Positions 1-8,604 of a DNA stretch of 64,000 bases are shown here, piece by piece. This DNA is from Clostridia bacterium (lineage in GTDB: Bacteria > Bacillota > Clostridia > Oscillospirales > CAG-272). The notes below the pieces were generated by a model. The model saw nothing but the letters and a program-made list of their open reading frames with translations, searched no databases and was not told where the DNA came from. The stretch covers positions 75,047 to 139,046 of the forward strand of contig JAFTYE010000010.1 of the NCBI GenBank assembly GCA_017464805.1, given 5' to 3'. How positions within the stretch are numbered: the first letter of the stretch is position 1; each line of letters starts with the position of its first letter. The position numbers were made by a program, and so were the translations under genes.

Positions 1-250
1 CAAGAAAGCAAACAAAATCTCCCGTCGCCGCCTCGATCCCCGTGTTTCTTGCGACCGATACACCGCCGTTTTTCTGGTGAATGACGCGCGGTGCGCGGTA
101 GCAGGTAAGTACCTCATCGATACCGTCGGTCGAGCCGTCGTCCACCACGATGACCTCAAAATTTCGATAGGTCTGTACCAGCACGCTGTCCAGCGCGCGG
201 CGCAAGGTATCCTTTTTATTGTAAACGGGAATGATCACCGAAAATTTCAT
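1..250 (-). CDS. Glycosyltransferase family 2 (N-terminal part; gene runs off the window start)
   Basis: Reverse translation from ATG at 250 gives MKFSVIIPVYNKKDTLRRALDSVLVQTYRNFEVIVVDDGSTDG..., the classic GT2 N-terminus. AGGAGG (260-265 on +) sits upstream. Absent from the ORF track because there is no stop inside the window. Confidence 0.85.
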   Translation of the reverse strand, partial: MKFSVIIPVYNKKDTLRRALDSVLVQTYRNFEVIVVDDGSTDGIDEVLTCYRAPRVIHQKNGGVSVARNTGIEAATGDFVCFL

Positions 251-285
251 CGTGGTGCACCTCCTCTCGCTTTTTGATGAAAAAT

Positions 286-306
286 GGGAAAAACACGGTT
301 TTTCCC
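286..306 (-). terminator. Intrinsic terminator after tagD
   Basis: Stem GGGAAAAAC / GTTTTTCCC (9 bp, 3-nt loop) followed on the minus strand by ATTTTTCA. Confidence 0.6.
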
Positions 307-315
307 AATATGGTC

Positions 316-705
316 TTATTTGTGGAGATCTTCCTTGATCTTGGTGGTGGAGATCTCCTTTGTGCGCGGCAAATATACCACCTCGCACAGATCGCGGAGA
401 TCGTCAAATTTGCCTTCCCAGTCGTCACCCATCACCATGGTATCGATGTGATACAGGGGAATGTCGGTACGCTTCTGCTCCCAGTTTTCCTCGGGAATGA
501 CCAGATCCACGTAACGGATGGATTCCAGCAGCTTTTTTCGCTCCTCATAGGTAAAGTAGCATATCTTGTCCTTTTTGTTGGTGTTGAAATCGTCGGTTGA
601 GAGTGCAACGATCAGATAATCACCAAGCTGCTTCGCACGGCGGAGCAGGTTGATGTGCCCGTAGTGGAGCAGGTCAAAGGTACCGTAGGTGATGACTCGC
701 TTCAT
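316..705 (-). CDS. tagD: Glycerol-3-phosphate cytidylyltransferase
   Basis: 129 aa. MKRVITYGTFDLLHYGHINLLRRAKQLGDYLIVALSTD carries the HxGH cytidylyltransferase signature. Start overlaps the upstream stop (ATGA). Confidence 0.93.
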   Translation of the reverse strand: MKRVITYGTFDLLHYGHINLLRRAKQLGDYLIVALSTDDFNTNKKDKICYFTYEERKKLLESIRYVDLVIPEENWEQKRTDIPLYHIDTMVMGDDWEGKFDDLRDLCEVVYLPRTKEISTTKIKEDLHK

Positions 706-1889
706 GATAACAGCCTCTTTTCAATTTCGTCGGTGACAGCATTCACCGCGTTCCCCGCTCGGGGGGCAAAGCGCATGCGGAACTCGCGTGATCGCGCGCA
801 GTACGCCTCCACGTCCATTTCACGGATGCAGGCAAGCACCTCGTCCTCATCCTCGCATATGGGGCAGGGGAGCGTGGAATGCAGATCCAGATACAAGCCG
901 CGCTTTTCCTCGTACACCGCAAGGTCGTAGGCAAAGCAAAGCATGGGACGTTCCAAAATGGAATAATCCACGAATGCACTGGAATAATCCGACAGCAGAA
1001 TGTCCGCCGCCGTGTAAAGATCGTTAATGTCGGGATGATCGGACACGTCGATAAATAAGCCGTCCCGATCGAGGTTCATAGCCGCACTGACCGCGTAATG
1101 TGCGCGGACAAGAACCACAAAGTCCTCGGAAAGAGCCGCGCGCCACTTTTCCTCGGTGATGGGCGGGGTTATATAATGCCGCTTTTTCTCGTCAACCAAA
1201 TACTCGCGGTAAGTCGGCATATAGAGGATGACGCGCTTGTCCTCGGGAATACCGAGCGCGGCTCTTACACGTGCGCCGCGCGCATCCGCGTCGCGGGTCA
1301 GCGTGTCGTTGCGGGGGAGGTCGCACATCAGGAAGGCTTCCTCTGCCGCATCGAACACGCGCATGAAAATCTCACGGTCATACTCGCTCTGCGCACAGCG
1401 GATGGTCGTTTTATCTGTCTTGCCTCTTACGCGTTTTTTGGCAAGAATGGAATTTTGCTTTTCCTCACCGCCGATACATTTCAGCGGTGTGCCGTGCCAG
1501 GTCTCTACGCGCAAATGGCGGTTTGCATTGATGCCGATGCCACGGTCGATCTCGGAGTTTCCAACCCAGATGCGGCTATAAAGGAGTGCACGAAAAAAAG
1601 CAGGTGTGTCGATTTTCACAGCCTTACCGCGCGGCAGATCAAATTTTTTCGGATCATCGAACGCCCAAATCAGCTCAAAGCCGTCGAAAAAGGAACGGCG
1701 GCACATTTCGTCGTAGATCGCGCGGGGACTGTCGTTAAATCCCCGCCCGCCAAAGGACGAGAACAAGACCGTCCTCGGACGTACGCGTACAAATACGGAT
1801 GCTACACGCAAAAACACCTTCGCGCAGGACCAACAGAAGGAAAGGAAGCGCGGATGGGTTTTCAGGAAATACAGAAATTTTTGTCGCAT
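702..1889 (-). CDS. CDP-glycerol glycerophosphotransferase (TagB/TagF family)
   Basis: Start taken at internal ATG 1889 (MRQKFLYFLK...), 1 nt after the stop of the upstream GT2. TagF-like C-terminal region (SDYSSAFVDYSILERPMLCFAYDL). Confidence 0.85.
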   Translation of the reverse strand: MRQKFLYFLKTHPRFLSFCWSCAKVFLRVASVFVRVRPRTVLFSSFGGRGFNDSPRAIYDEMCRRSFFDGFELIWAFDDPKKFDLPRGKAVKIDTPAFFRALLYSRIWVGNSEIDRGIGINANRHLRVETWHGTPLKCIGGEEKQNSILAKKRVRGKTDKTTIRCAQSEYDREIFMRVFDAAEEAFLMCDLPRNDTLTRDADARGARVRAALGIPEDKRVILYMPTYREYLVDEKKRHYITPPITEEKWRAALSEDFVVLVRAHYAVSAAMNLDRDGLFIDVSDHPDINDLYTAADILLSDYSSAFVDYSILERPMLCFAYDLAVYEEKRGLYLDLHSTLPCPICEDEDEVLACIREMDVEAYCARSREFRMRFAPRAGNAVNAVTDEIEKRLLS

Positions 1890-1890
1890 G

Positions 1891-2736
1891 TCAGCTCTTT
1901 CCCTCGGGTGCACGTGAGGTTCTTGCAAATTTTCTGAAAATGTAACCGCGCACGCGGTTGGGGAGCAGCACCTGTACCACAAGACGCTTTATGACGTTCA
2001 GGGCGTAACGCATGGTACCGATCAGCCCCTGCTTGTACATAAACTTCTGTAAGCGCGCCTCACTCTTGAAATAGCGCATGCCGCCGCGGCGACGGTACAT
2101 ATCCCGCCCCACACGCACATCGACCAGCACGTCGGGGACGTTGGCAAATTTCATGTGGAGCAGAGCCATACGGACCCAAAGGTAATAGTCCTCTTCACAG
2201 TAAAAATCCAGATATCCGCCCGCGCGTTTCACGTCGTCGCGGCGGAAAAGCACGCTGACCTGGTTCATCGGGCAACGGATCTTCAGATCCTTCTTGATTT
2301 TCGCGTCCTCAGTCTCCACATGGCGATAACTGACCACATTGTCGGGCGTGCCGATAAACTCGGCAATATTGCCGCCGACGATGGAAAGGGAAGGATCTGC
2401 CTCCATGCGGGCAAGCTGCTTTTCAAAGCGGTCGGGACGGCTGATGTCGTCCGCATCCATCAGGGCAACCAGCTCGTGTGTACAATGGACAAGGCCCGTG
2501 CGGCGGGCATGTCCGTGACCGCAGTTCTTTTCGAGACGGATCACGCGGAACAGCGGCATCGCCTCGTAGGCCGAGATTACCTCGTCAAGCGAGAGGGGAA
2601 CGGGGCCGTCTACCACCAGCACCACCTCGTCAGGGCGTCTGGTCTGGTTCAGAATGCTGTCAACGGCTATTTTGAAGTGCCACGGGTCGTCCTTCGCGTA
2701 CACCGCCATGGCAACGGAGAATTTCTGGCAACACAT
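1891..2736 (-). CDS. Glycosyltransferase family 2
   Basis: FSVAMAVYAKDD...ILNQTRRPDEVVLVVDGP...MDADDIS matches GT2 DxD-type motifs. ATG at 2736 preferred over the GTG at 2775, which has no RBS. Confidence 0.85.
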   Translation of the reverse strand: MCCQKFSVAMAVYAKDDPWHFKIAVDSILNQTRRPDEVVLVVDGPVPLSLDEVISAYEAMPLFRVIRLEKNCGHGHARRTGLVHCTHELVALMDADDISRPDRFEKQLARMEADPSLSIVGGNIAEFIGTPDNVVSYRHVETEDAKIKKDLKIRCPMNQVSVLFRRDDVKRAGGYLDFYCEEDYYLWVRMALLHMKFANVPDVLVDVRVGRDMYRRRGGMRYFKSEARLQKFMYKQGLIGTMRYALNVIKRLVVQVLLPNRVRGYIFRKFARTSRAPEGKS

Positions 2737-2877
2737 ATAGGGGTGTTCCGTCCTTTTGTCGTTTGATGCACCCACGCAGGGCGGCTTGTGTTATGGGCCA
2801 AAGAAAGGGAAACGCATGCAAAGCGGAAGGTCACCGATGCAAGAGGGCCGCAAAACACAAGGATAATTATCCGAATT

Positions 2878-2906
2878 ATTATAGCATAATTTCCCATATA
2901 TGTCAA
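2878..2906 (-). promoter_or_regulatory. Sigma-70-type promoter of the teichoic-acid-type operon
   Basis: Minus strand: TTGACA (2906-2901), 17 nt, TATAAT (2883-2878), with TGc just upstream of the -10. Confidence 0.6.
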
Positions 2907-2963
2907 CCCCCCCGAATAAAGGAGAAAAGTGTCAAAAAATGCGAAAAAGTCAATTTTACGCTA

Positions 2964-2992
2964 TTGCATATCCCGCATGAATGTGCTACAAT
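2964..2992 (+). promoter_or_regulatory. Promoter of the TRIC/radical-SAM pair
   Basis: TTGCAT (2964-2969), 17 nt, TACAAT (2987-2992), with TGc extension. Confidence 0.55.
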
Positions 2993-3039
2993 GAGAATGT
3001 TTCACAGAAAGTATTCCCCGCTATACGGAAAGGAATCAT

Positions 3040-3675
3040 ATGAATCAGATTTTAACGACCCTGGAGATCATCGGTATCCTCGCGGCAGCCCTTTCGGGGG
3101 CAATGCTTGCCATCGATAAGAAAATGGACCTCTTTGGCGTGGTCATCATCGGCATGGTCACGGGCCTTGGCGGCGGTGTGATGCGTGACGTGACCCTGGG
3201 ATACATCCCCCGCAGCTTTTCCAACCCCTCCTACCTAATCGCGGCGGTCGTTCCGCCACTCGTCATGTTTTTGGTCGCCCTCCTTTTACAACAGCGTTAC
3301 GTGCGGGAGGAGGCATTGATTGACCGTATCAACAATATCTTTGATGCGCTGGGTCTTGGGGCGTTTGCCGTCGGCGGTGCCGTTGTTGCGCGCGCCGTGG
3401 GTTACGACGGTCACTTCGTCGTGGTCGTGTTCTCTGGTGTCATCACTGCCGTGGGGGGAGGGGTTCTGCGTGATGTGTTGCTCCGCGAGATTCCCTCGAT
3501 CCTCAAAAAGCATGTCTATGCCATTGCTGCCCTCGCGGGTACGGTTGTGTACTACCTATTCTTACACTTCGGGGCAGGTGAGGTTCTTTCTGCCGTGGCG
3601 GGCGTTCTGCTTGTCTTTATCCTCCGTATTCTGGCAACCATCTTCCGCTGGAACTTCCCGAAGGCCATCAAGTGA
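3040..3675 (+). CDS. Trimeric intracellular cation channel (TRIC/UPF0126, YadS-like) family membrane protein
   Basis: 211 aa, internally duplicated. Both halves carry the Gly-rich motif (GLGGGVMRDV / AVGGGVLRDV). About 7 TM segments. Confidence 0.8.
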   Translation: MNQILTTLEIIGILAAALSGAMLAIDKKMDLFGVVIIGMVTGLGGGVMRDVTLGYIPRSFSNPSYLIAAVVPPLVMFLVALLLQQRYVREEALIDRINNIFDALGLGAFAVGGAVVARAVGYDGHFVVVVFSGVITAVGGGVLRDVLLREIPSILKKHVYAIAALAGTVVYYLFLHFGAGEVLSAVAGVLLVFILRILATIFRWNFPKAIK

Positions 3676-4595
3676 TGACCCCTGTGCCTTACAATACGCT
3701 GTCTTCTTACCTCAAGGAACGGCTCGGACACAAGACCGTTAAGATCTGCATCGATGGCGGCTTCACCTGTCCTAACCGTGACGGTAGCCTGTCCACGGGC
3801 GGCTGCCGCTTCTGCTCGGAGCGCGGATCGGGCGAATTTGCCGCTGTCGCCGAGAGGGGAATCACCGAGGCCGTGCAGGCACGGCTCGCCTCACCGCTCG
3901 GCGGCCGCCGTGCCGAACGCTACATCGCGTATTTTCAGAATTTCTCGGGCACATATGCCCCCGTGGATACTTTGCGCCGCCGCTATGATGCCGCCCTGTG
4001 CGATCCCCGTATCATCGGGCTTGCTGTGGCAACCCGTCCCGATTGCGTCACCGAAGAAATCGTTGATCTGCTCGCCACCTACGCGCGCCGCCTGTATGTA
4101 TCCGTCGAGCTGGGGCTCCAAACCGCCTCGGATGAGGTCGCCACACGCATGAACATTGCCTGTCCGCGCGCCGCCTTTACACGCACTGTTCATCTGCTTG
4201 CCGAGCGCGGCATCGACGTCGTGGCGCATATCATGGTCGGTCTACCGGGGGAGGACCGTGCCGAGGCACTTGCCACCATGGATTTTGTAAACCGCCACCC
4301 TGTCAAGGGCATAAAGATCCATTCGCTCTATGTTGCGCAAGGGACGGCACTTGCCGAGGATTGCCGAAGCGGGAACTACATACCGCTTTCCTTTGCGGAT
4401 TATACCGAAACGGTCGCCTGCCTGCTGGCGCACGCGCGCCCCGATCTGGTCATCCATCGTATCACGGGCGATCCGTCAAAGGACACGCTCATCGCCCCCG
4501 CATGGTGTACCGACAAGCGCCGAGTGCTGGATGCAATCACGCAAAAAATGAAGAAAAATGGATGGTATCAGGGGTGCTTTTATACAGAAACGTAA
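3672..4595 (+). CDS. TIGR01212-family radical SAM protein
   Basis: 307 aa with CIDGGFTCPNRDG...GGCRFCSE near the N-terminus. Overlaps the upstream gene by 4 nt. Confidence 0.85.
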   Translation: MMTPVPYNTLSSYLKERLGHKTVKICIDGGFTCPNRDGSLSTGGCRFCSERGSGEFAAVAERGITEAVQARLASPLGGRRAERYIAYFQNFSGTYAPVDTLRRRYDAALCDPRIIGLAVATRPDCVTEEIVDLLATYARRLYVSVELGLQTASDEVATRMNIACPRAAFTRTVHLLAERGIDVVAHIMVGLPGEDRAEALATMDFVNRHPVKGIKIHSLYVAQGTALAEDCRSGNYIPLSFADYTETVACLLAHARPDLVIHRITGDPSKDTLIAPAWCTDKRRVLDAITQKMKKNGWYQGCFYTET

Positions 4596-4626
4596 AAAGC
4601 GGTATGCGAAACGCATACCGCTTTTT
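4594..4626. terminator. Bidirectional intrinsic terminator between convergent genes
   Basis: AAAAAGCGGTATGCG-AAA-CGCATACCGCTTTTT, a perfect stem with A/T runs on both sides. Confidence 0.8.
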
Positions 4627-4638
4627 ATGTTAGCTACC

Positions 4639-4965
4639 TTAAAATACCACCTGTAAAAGAAACATCTGACAAAGCGTCCCCGCCACGATGGCGGGCAGGG
4701 TCTTCCTCTGCCAAAGATACACCACGGCCACCACAAGACAGGAGATCAGGTGCGGCACAAAGCCGCCCGGTTCGGCAAAATGTACGTCCTTTAAGCAGTA
4801 CACGACCAGCATTCCCATGATCGCGTAGGGCAAAAGGCCCCCCAGCCGTTCGAGGAAACGGGGTGTTTTTCGCTTCCCCCCAAAGATCCAAAAGGGCAAA
4901 AAGCGGATCAGTGCTGTGACAAGCGCGATTACCGCCACGGTTCCCCACGTGTAGGCGTTATCCAT
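4639..4965 (-). CDS. azlD: Branched-chain amino acid transporter AzlD
   Basis: 108-aa hydrophobic protein overlapping azlC by 8 nt, the canonical azlCD pairing. Confidence 0.8.
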   Translation of the reverse strand: MDNAYTWGTVAVIALVTALIRFLPFWIFGGKRKTPRFLERLGGLLPYAIMGMLVVYCLKDVHFAEPGGFVPHLISCLVVAVVYLWQRKTLPAIVAGTLCQMFLLQVVF

Positions 4966-5644
4966 GCTTGCTCTCCTTTCTTCCCATAAGGGAGAGCGAA
5001 AGGGCGATCACCAGCATGGCGGGGATAAGAAAATGCTCATTTCCGAATATAAACAGGCAGGCAAGCGATGCCACCACACCGATCACGGCCGGCGCGTGCT
5101 TTTTTGTACCTAGCCACTGATCGAGAAAAACCGTCAAAAAGAGTGCCGTCAAGGCAAAGTCGATCCCCTCGCTGTTGAAGGAAAGGAGTGTACCGACCAA
5201 AGCACCCAATATCGAGCCCGCGATCCAATACGCATGATTGAAGAGAGAGACGAGAAAATAATAGTCGGTGCGACTGCCCTCGGGAATGCCGGGCTCGTCC
5301 CGACAAACAAGGGAATAGGTCTCGTCGGTTAGGGCAAAGATCAGATAGGGCTTTCTTTTTCCGGCATCCTTGTAACGGTCCAGCATAGACAGTCCGTAAA
5401 ACAGATGCCGCGCGTTTACCATCAGCGTGGTCAACGCCACCGTGAAAAGCGACGCACCTCCCGTCAGTAGCCCGATGGCGGCGTACTGCATCGAGCCCGC
5501 GTAAATCAACAGGCTCATCGCAAAGGCAAGGAGAATACCGTAGCCATAGGATTTTATGATGATGCCAAAGCCAAAGCCCAGCACCAGGTAGCCCGTCAGC
5601 ACGGGAAGCGTGGCGAAAAACGCCTTTTTTGCAATCTTTTTCAT
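4958..5644 (-). CDS. azlC: AzlC family branched-chain amino acid permease component
   Basis: 228-aa polytopic protein. GSMQYAAIGLL and NARHLFYGLS are typical AzlC motifs. Confidence 0.85.
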   Translation of the reverse strand: MKKIAKKAFFATLPVLTGYLVLGFGFGIIIKSYGYGILLAFAMSLLIYAGSMQYAAIGLLTGGASLFTVALTTLMVNARHLFYGLSMLDRYKDAGKRKPYLIFALTDETYSLVCRDEPGIPEGSRTDYYFLVSLFNHAYWIAGSILGALVGTLLSFNSEGIDFALTALFLTVFLDQWLGTKKHAPAVIGVVASLACLFIFGNEHFLIPAMLVIALSLSLMGRKESKHG

Positions 5645-5714
5645 GTTGTCGTCCTCTCACTTACATCATTGTAACACATTCGGCTCCTTTTTTCAATAAA
5701 AAACCGTAAACCCC

Positions 5715-5764
5715 TTGCAAAAATCCTAAAAATCCTGTATACTATAAATACCCCCATGGGGTAT
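5715..5764 (+). promoter_or_regulatory. csoR-copA promoter with putative CsoR operator
   Basis: TTGCAA (5715-5720), 17 nt, TATACT (5738-5743). A GC-cored inverted repeat ATACCCC-CAT-GGGGTAT (5748-5764) lies over the expected start site and resembles known CsoR operators. Confidence 0.6.
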
Positions 5765-5780
5765 ATGGAGGTGTACAAGC

Positions 5781-6083
5781 ATGAAACAACAATGCTCCTT
5801 CTGCCATACGGAAAAAAATCGCACGGCAGAGGAAAAGAAAAAGTTAACAAACCGTCTTGTGCGGATTGAGGGGCAGGTGCGCGGCCTTTCGGGTATGGTC
5901 GAGGCGGATGCCTATTGCCCCGACATCCTGACGCAGGTCAGCGCGGTCAGTGCAGCCCTGCGCGCCTTTGAACGGGAACTGCTCGCCGCCCATGTCCGCA
6001 CCTGTGTGGCTGATGATATCCGGGCAGGACGGGAGGATTCGGTAGAAGAGCTGAACGCTCTGCTCAAAAAAATGATGAGGTAA
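5781..6083 (+). CDS. csoR: CsoR-family copper-sensing transcriptional repressor
   Basis: 100 aa. RLVRIEGQVRGLSGMVEADAYCPDILTQVSA...AAHVRTC carries the C-H-C ligand pattern. Confidence 0.9.
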   Translation: MKQQCSFCHTEKNRTAEEKKKLTNRLVRIEGQVRGLSGMVEADAYCPDILTQVSAVSAALRAFERELLAAHVRTCVADDIRAGREDSVEELNALLKKMMR

Positions 6084-6087
6084 AAGT

Positions 6088-8568
6088 ATGAAAACATATA
6101 CCGTAACGGGAATGAGCTGTGCTGCCTGCTCGGCACGTGTGGAAAAGGCTGTCTCCTCGCTTGACGGCGTGACCGCCTGCTCGGTCAATCTGCTCACAGG
6201 GGATATGGGTGTGTCGGGTGAGGTCGAGGAATCGGCTGTACTTTCTGCCGTGCGTGAGGCGGGTTATGGCATCACCCCCAAAACCGAAAAGGAGCAGGGG
6301 AAAGCCTCTGCCCTCGTACCGCCGTCAGAGAATCCTATCCGCCCGCTTCTTTGGAGGCTTGTTGCTTCACTTGCCCTGCTCATGCCCCTGATGTACCTTT
6401 CTATGGGACACGTGATGTGGGGCTGGCCACTGCCCGAAGTACTTGCCGGAAATCCCCTTGCCATCGGGCTTTGTCAGCTCCTTCTGACGCTTGCCGTCAT
6501 GATCGTGAACGGCCGCTTCTTCACAAGCGGCACGCGTGCCCTGTTGCACGGTGTGCCCAATATGGACACCTTGATCGCGCTGGGTGCGGCAGCTGCCTTC
6601 GTTTACAGCACCGGTATTTTGTTCCTCATGACGACCGTGCATGACACCCATACACAGATGCACCACCTGCACGAGCTCTATTTTGAATCGGCGGCGATGA
6701 TTTTGTCACTCATCACCGTTGGTAAGTTACTTGAGGCACATGCCAAGGGCAAAACCACGGATGCCCTTGCCGCTCTTGCAAGACTTGCTCCCCAAACGGC
6801 AACCCTCTTGCGTGTCGGAAAGGAAGTGACTGTCCCGATCGCCGAGGTTCGAGTCGGGGACGTTTTTGTTGTTCATCCCGGAGATCATATTCCCGTGGAC
6901 GGCGTGGTGATCTCGGGGGAGGGGGTGGTAAATGAGGCCGCCCTCACAGGGGAGAGCATCCCCGTGGATAAGGCCGAGGGGGCTATCGTTTCGGCGGCAA
7001 GCATCAACCTGTCGGGATACCTTGAATGCCGCGCCACACGTGTGGGCGAGGATACCACGCTCTCGCAGATCATCCGCATGGTCAGCGATGCCTCGGCAAC
7101 CAAGGCCCCTATTGCCAAGATTGCAGATCGTGTGTCGGCCGTCTTTGTGCCGACGATTCTCGGTATTGCTGCCGTCACTGCCGTTGCATGGCTTATCGGC
7201 GGTGCGGAGATCGGCTACGCCCTTGCCCGCGCCGTGTCGGTTCTCGTCATCAGCTGTCCCTGCTCGCTCGGGCTTGCCACCCCCGTTGCCATTATGGTCG
7301 GCAGCGGCATGGGAGCAAAAAACGGCATCCTCTTCAAAACCGCCGCCGCCCTTGAGGAAACAGGACGCGGAGGGACGGTCGTACTCGATAAAACAGGCAC
7401 CGTCACCGAGGGAAAACCTCGCATCACCGATATTCTGCCCATCGACGGTACGGGAGAGAACGAGCTTCTTACCCTTGCCTACTCTCTGGAAGTTAAAAGC
7501 GAGCATCCACTCGCCCGTCCCATCTGTGCCGAGGCCGAGGAGCGCGGTCTTGCCGCCGCCCCGACTGAGAACTTTGAGGCTCTTTCGGGCAACGGCGTGC
7601 GTGCCAAGGCAAATCATAGCACGTTTATCGGTGGTAGCATGGCCTATGTGGAAAGTATCGCCCCCCTGCCCGACTCCTTGCGTGAGCGCGCCGCTGCCTG
7701 TGCCGAGCAGGGCAAGACCCCCCTCTTCTTTCTTGAAAACGATACTTGCCGCGGCATGATCGCCGTGGCCGATACCTTAAAACCCGATGCCCCTGAGGCG
7801 ATTGCAGAGTTACGAGCCATGGGCATGCGTACGATCATGCTGACAGGGGATAACGAGCGCACCGCACGTGCCGTCGCCCGCGCCGCGGGCGTGGACGAGG
7901 TGATCGCAGGCGTGTTGCCCAATGGGAAGGAAGCCGCCGTGCGCGAGCTACAAAAGAACGGCAAGGTCCTTATGGTCGGCGACGGCATCAACGACGCCCC
8001 CGCCCTTGCCCGCGCAGACGTGGGCATCGCCGTGGGAGACGGCACGGACGTCGCCATCGACGCGGCTGACGTCGTGCTGGTAAAGGGAAGACCCGCCGAT
8101 CTCGTTGCCGCCGTGCGTTTGGCGCGCGCGACTCTGCGGAACATTCAACAAAATCTGTTCTGGGCTTTCTTCTACAACGCGGCAGGCATCCCCCTCGCCA
8201 CAGGCCTTTTCATCCCCCTGCTCGGTTGGGAGCTTGATCCCATGTTCGCCGCCGCCGCCATGTCGCTTTCCAGCTTCTCGGTGGTGTGCAACGCCCTGCG
8301 TCTGAATTTCTTCCGTCCTCAAGCAAAGAAAAGCAAACAAAAATCCGAAAAAGGAGTAAAGAATATGCAAACCGTACTCAAGATCGAGGGCATGATGTGC
8401 CCCCATTGCGAAGCCCACATCAAGGCGGCCATGGAAGCTCTTCCCGGTGTGACTGCCTGCATTGCCAGCCATAAGGACGGCACCGCCACCCTCACCTCGG
8501 AAGCACCGCTTGATGCCGCCCTTCTCCGTGAAACGGTGGAAAAGCAGGGCTACCGCGTGGTAGGGTAA
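6088..8568 (+). CDS. copA: Copper-translocating P1B-type ATPase with N-terminal HMA and an extra C-terminal HMA/CopZ-like domain
   Basis: 826 aa with GMSCAACSARVEK (HMA), CPC in TM6 (SCPCSLG), DKTGT, GDGINDAP, and a C-terminal MQTVLKIEGMMCPHCEAHIK domain. Confidence 0.95.
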   Translation: MKTYTVTGMSCAACSARVEKAVSSLDGVTACSVNLLTGDMGVSGEVEESAVLSAVREAGYGITPKTEKEQGKASALVPPSENPIRPLLWRLVASLALLMPLMYLSMGHVMWGWPLPEVLAGNPLAIGLCQLLLTLAVMIVNGRFFTSGTRALLHGVPNMDTLIALGAAAAFVYSTGILFLMTTVHDTHTQMHHLHELYFESAAMILSLITVGKLLEAHAKGKTTDALAALARLAPQTATLLRVGKEVTVPIAEVRVGDVFVVHPGDHIPVDGVVISGEGVVNEAALTGESIPVDKAEGAIVSAASINLSGYLECRATRVGEDTTLSQIIRMVSDASATKAPIAKIADRVSAVFVPTILGIAAVTAVAWLIGGAEIGYALARAVSVLVISCPCSLGLATPVAIMVGSGMGAKNGILFKTAAALEETGRGGTVVLDKTGTVTEGKPRITDILPIDGTGENELLTLAYSLEVKSEHPLARPICAEAEERGLAAAPTENFEALSGNGVRAKANHSTFIGGSMAYVESIAPLPDSLRERAAACAEQGKTPLFFLENDTCRGMIAVADTLKPDAPEAIAELRAMGMRTIMLTGDNERTARAVARAAGVDEVIAGVLPNGKEAAVRELQKNGKVLMVGDGINDAPALARADVGIAVGDGTDVAIDAADVVLVKGRPADLVAAVRLARATLRNIQQNLFWAFFYNAAGIPLATGLFIPLLGWELDPMFAAAAMSLSSFSVVCNALRLNFFRPQAKKSKQKSEKGVKNMQTVLKIEGMMCPHCEAHIKAAMEALPGVTACIASHKDGTATLTSEAPLDAALLRETVEKQGYRVVG

Positions 8569-8604
8569 AAAAAGGCCTTTGCCCATCGGGCAAAGGCCTT
8601 TTTT
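8567..8604. terminator. Bidirectional intrinsic terminator (copA / DUF4091 gene convergent)
   Basis: AAAAAAAGGCCTTTGCCC-ATC-GGGCAAAGGCCTTTTTT. Confidence 0.8.

Noticed and set aside
77-277. A 66-aa + strand ORF at the window start.
   Set aside because: The opposite strand encodes a textbook GT2 N-terminus (MKFSVIIPVYNK...) with AGGAGG upstream. The + ORF is its antisense shadow.
2783-2862. The tag-operon leader hairpin (CUUGUGUU/AACACAAG) as a third member of the leader-RNA A/B family.
   Set aside because: The polarity is reversed: UUGUGUU is on the 5' arm here, whereas ACACAAAC is on the 5' arm in A and B. There is no UUGC/GCA-bulge/GCAA clamp, no UCCAC loop and no terminator platform. The similarity is limited to a short purine/pyrimidine run.
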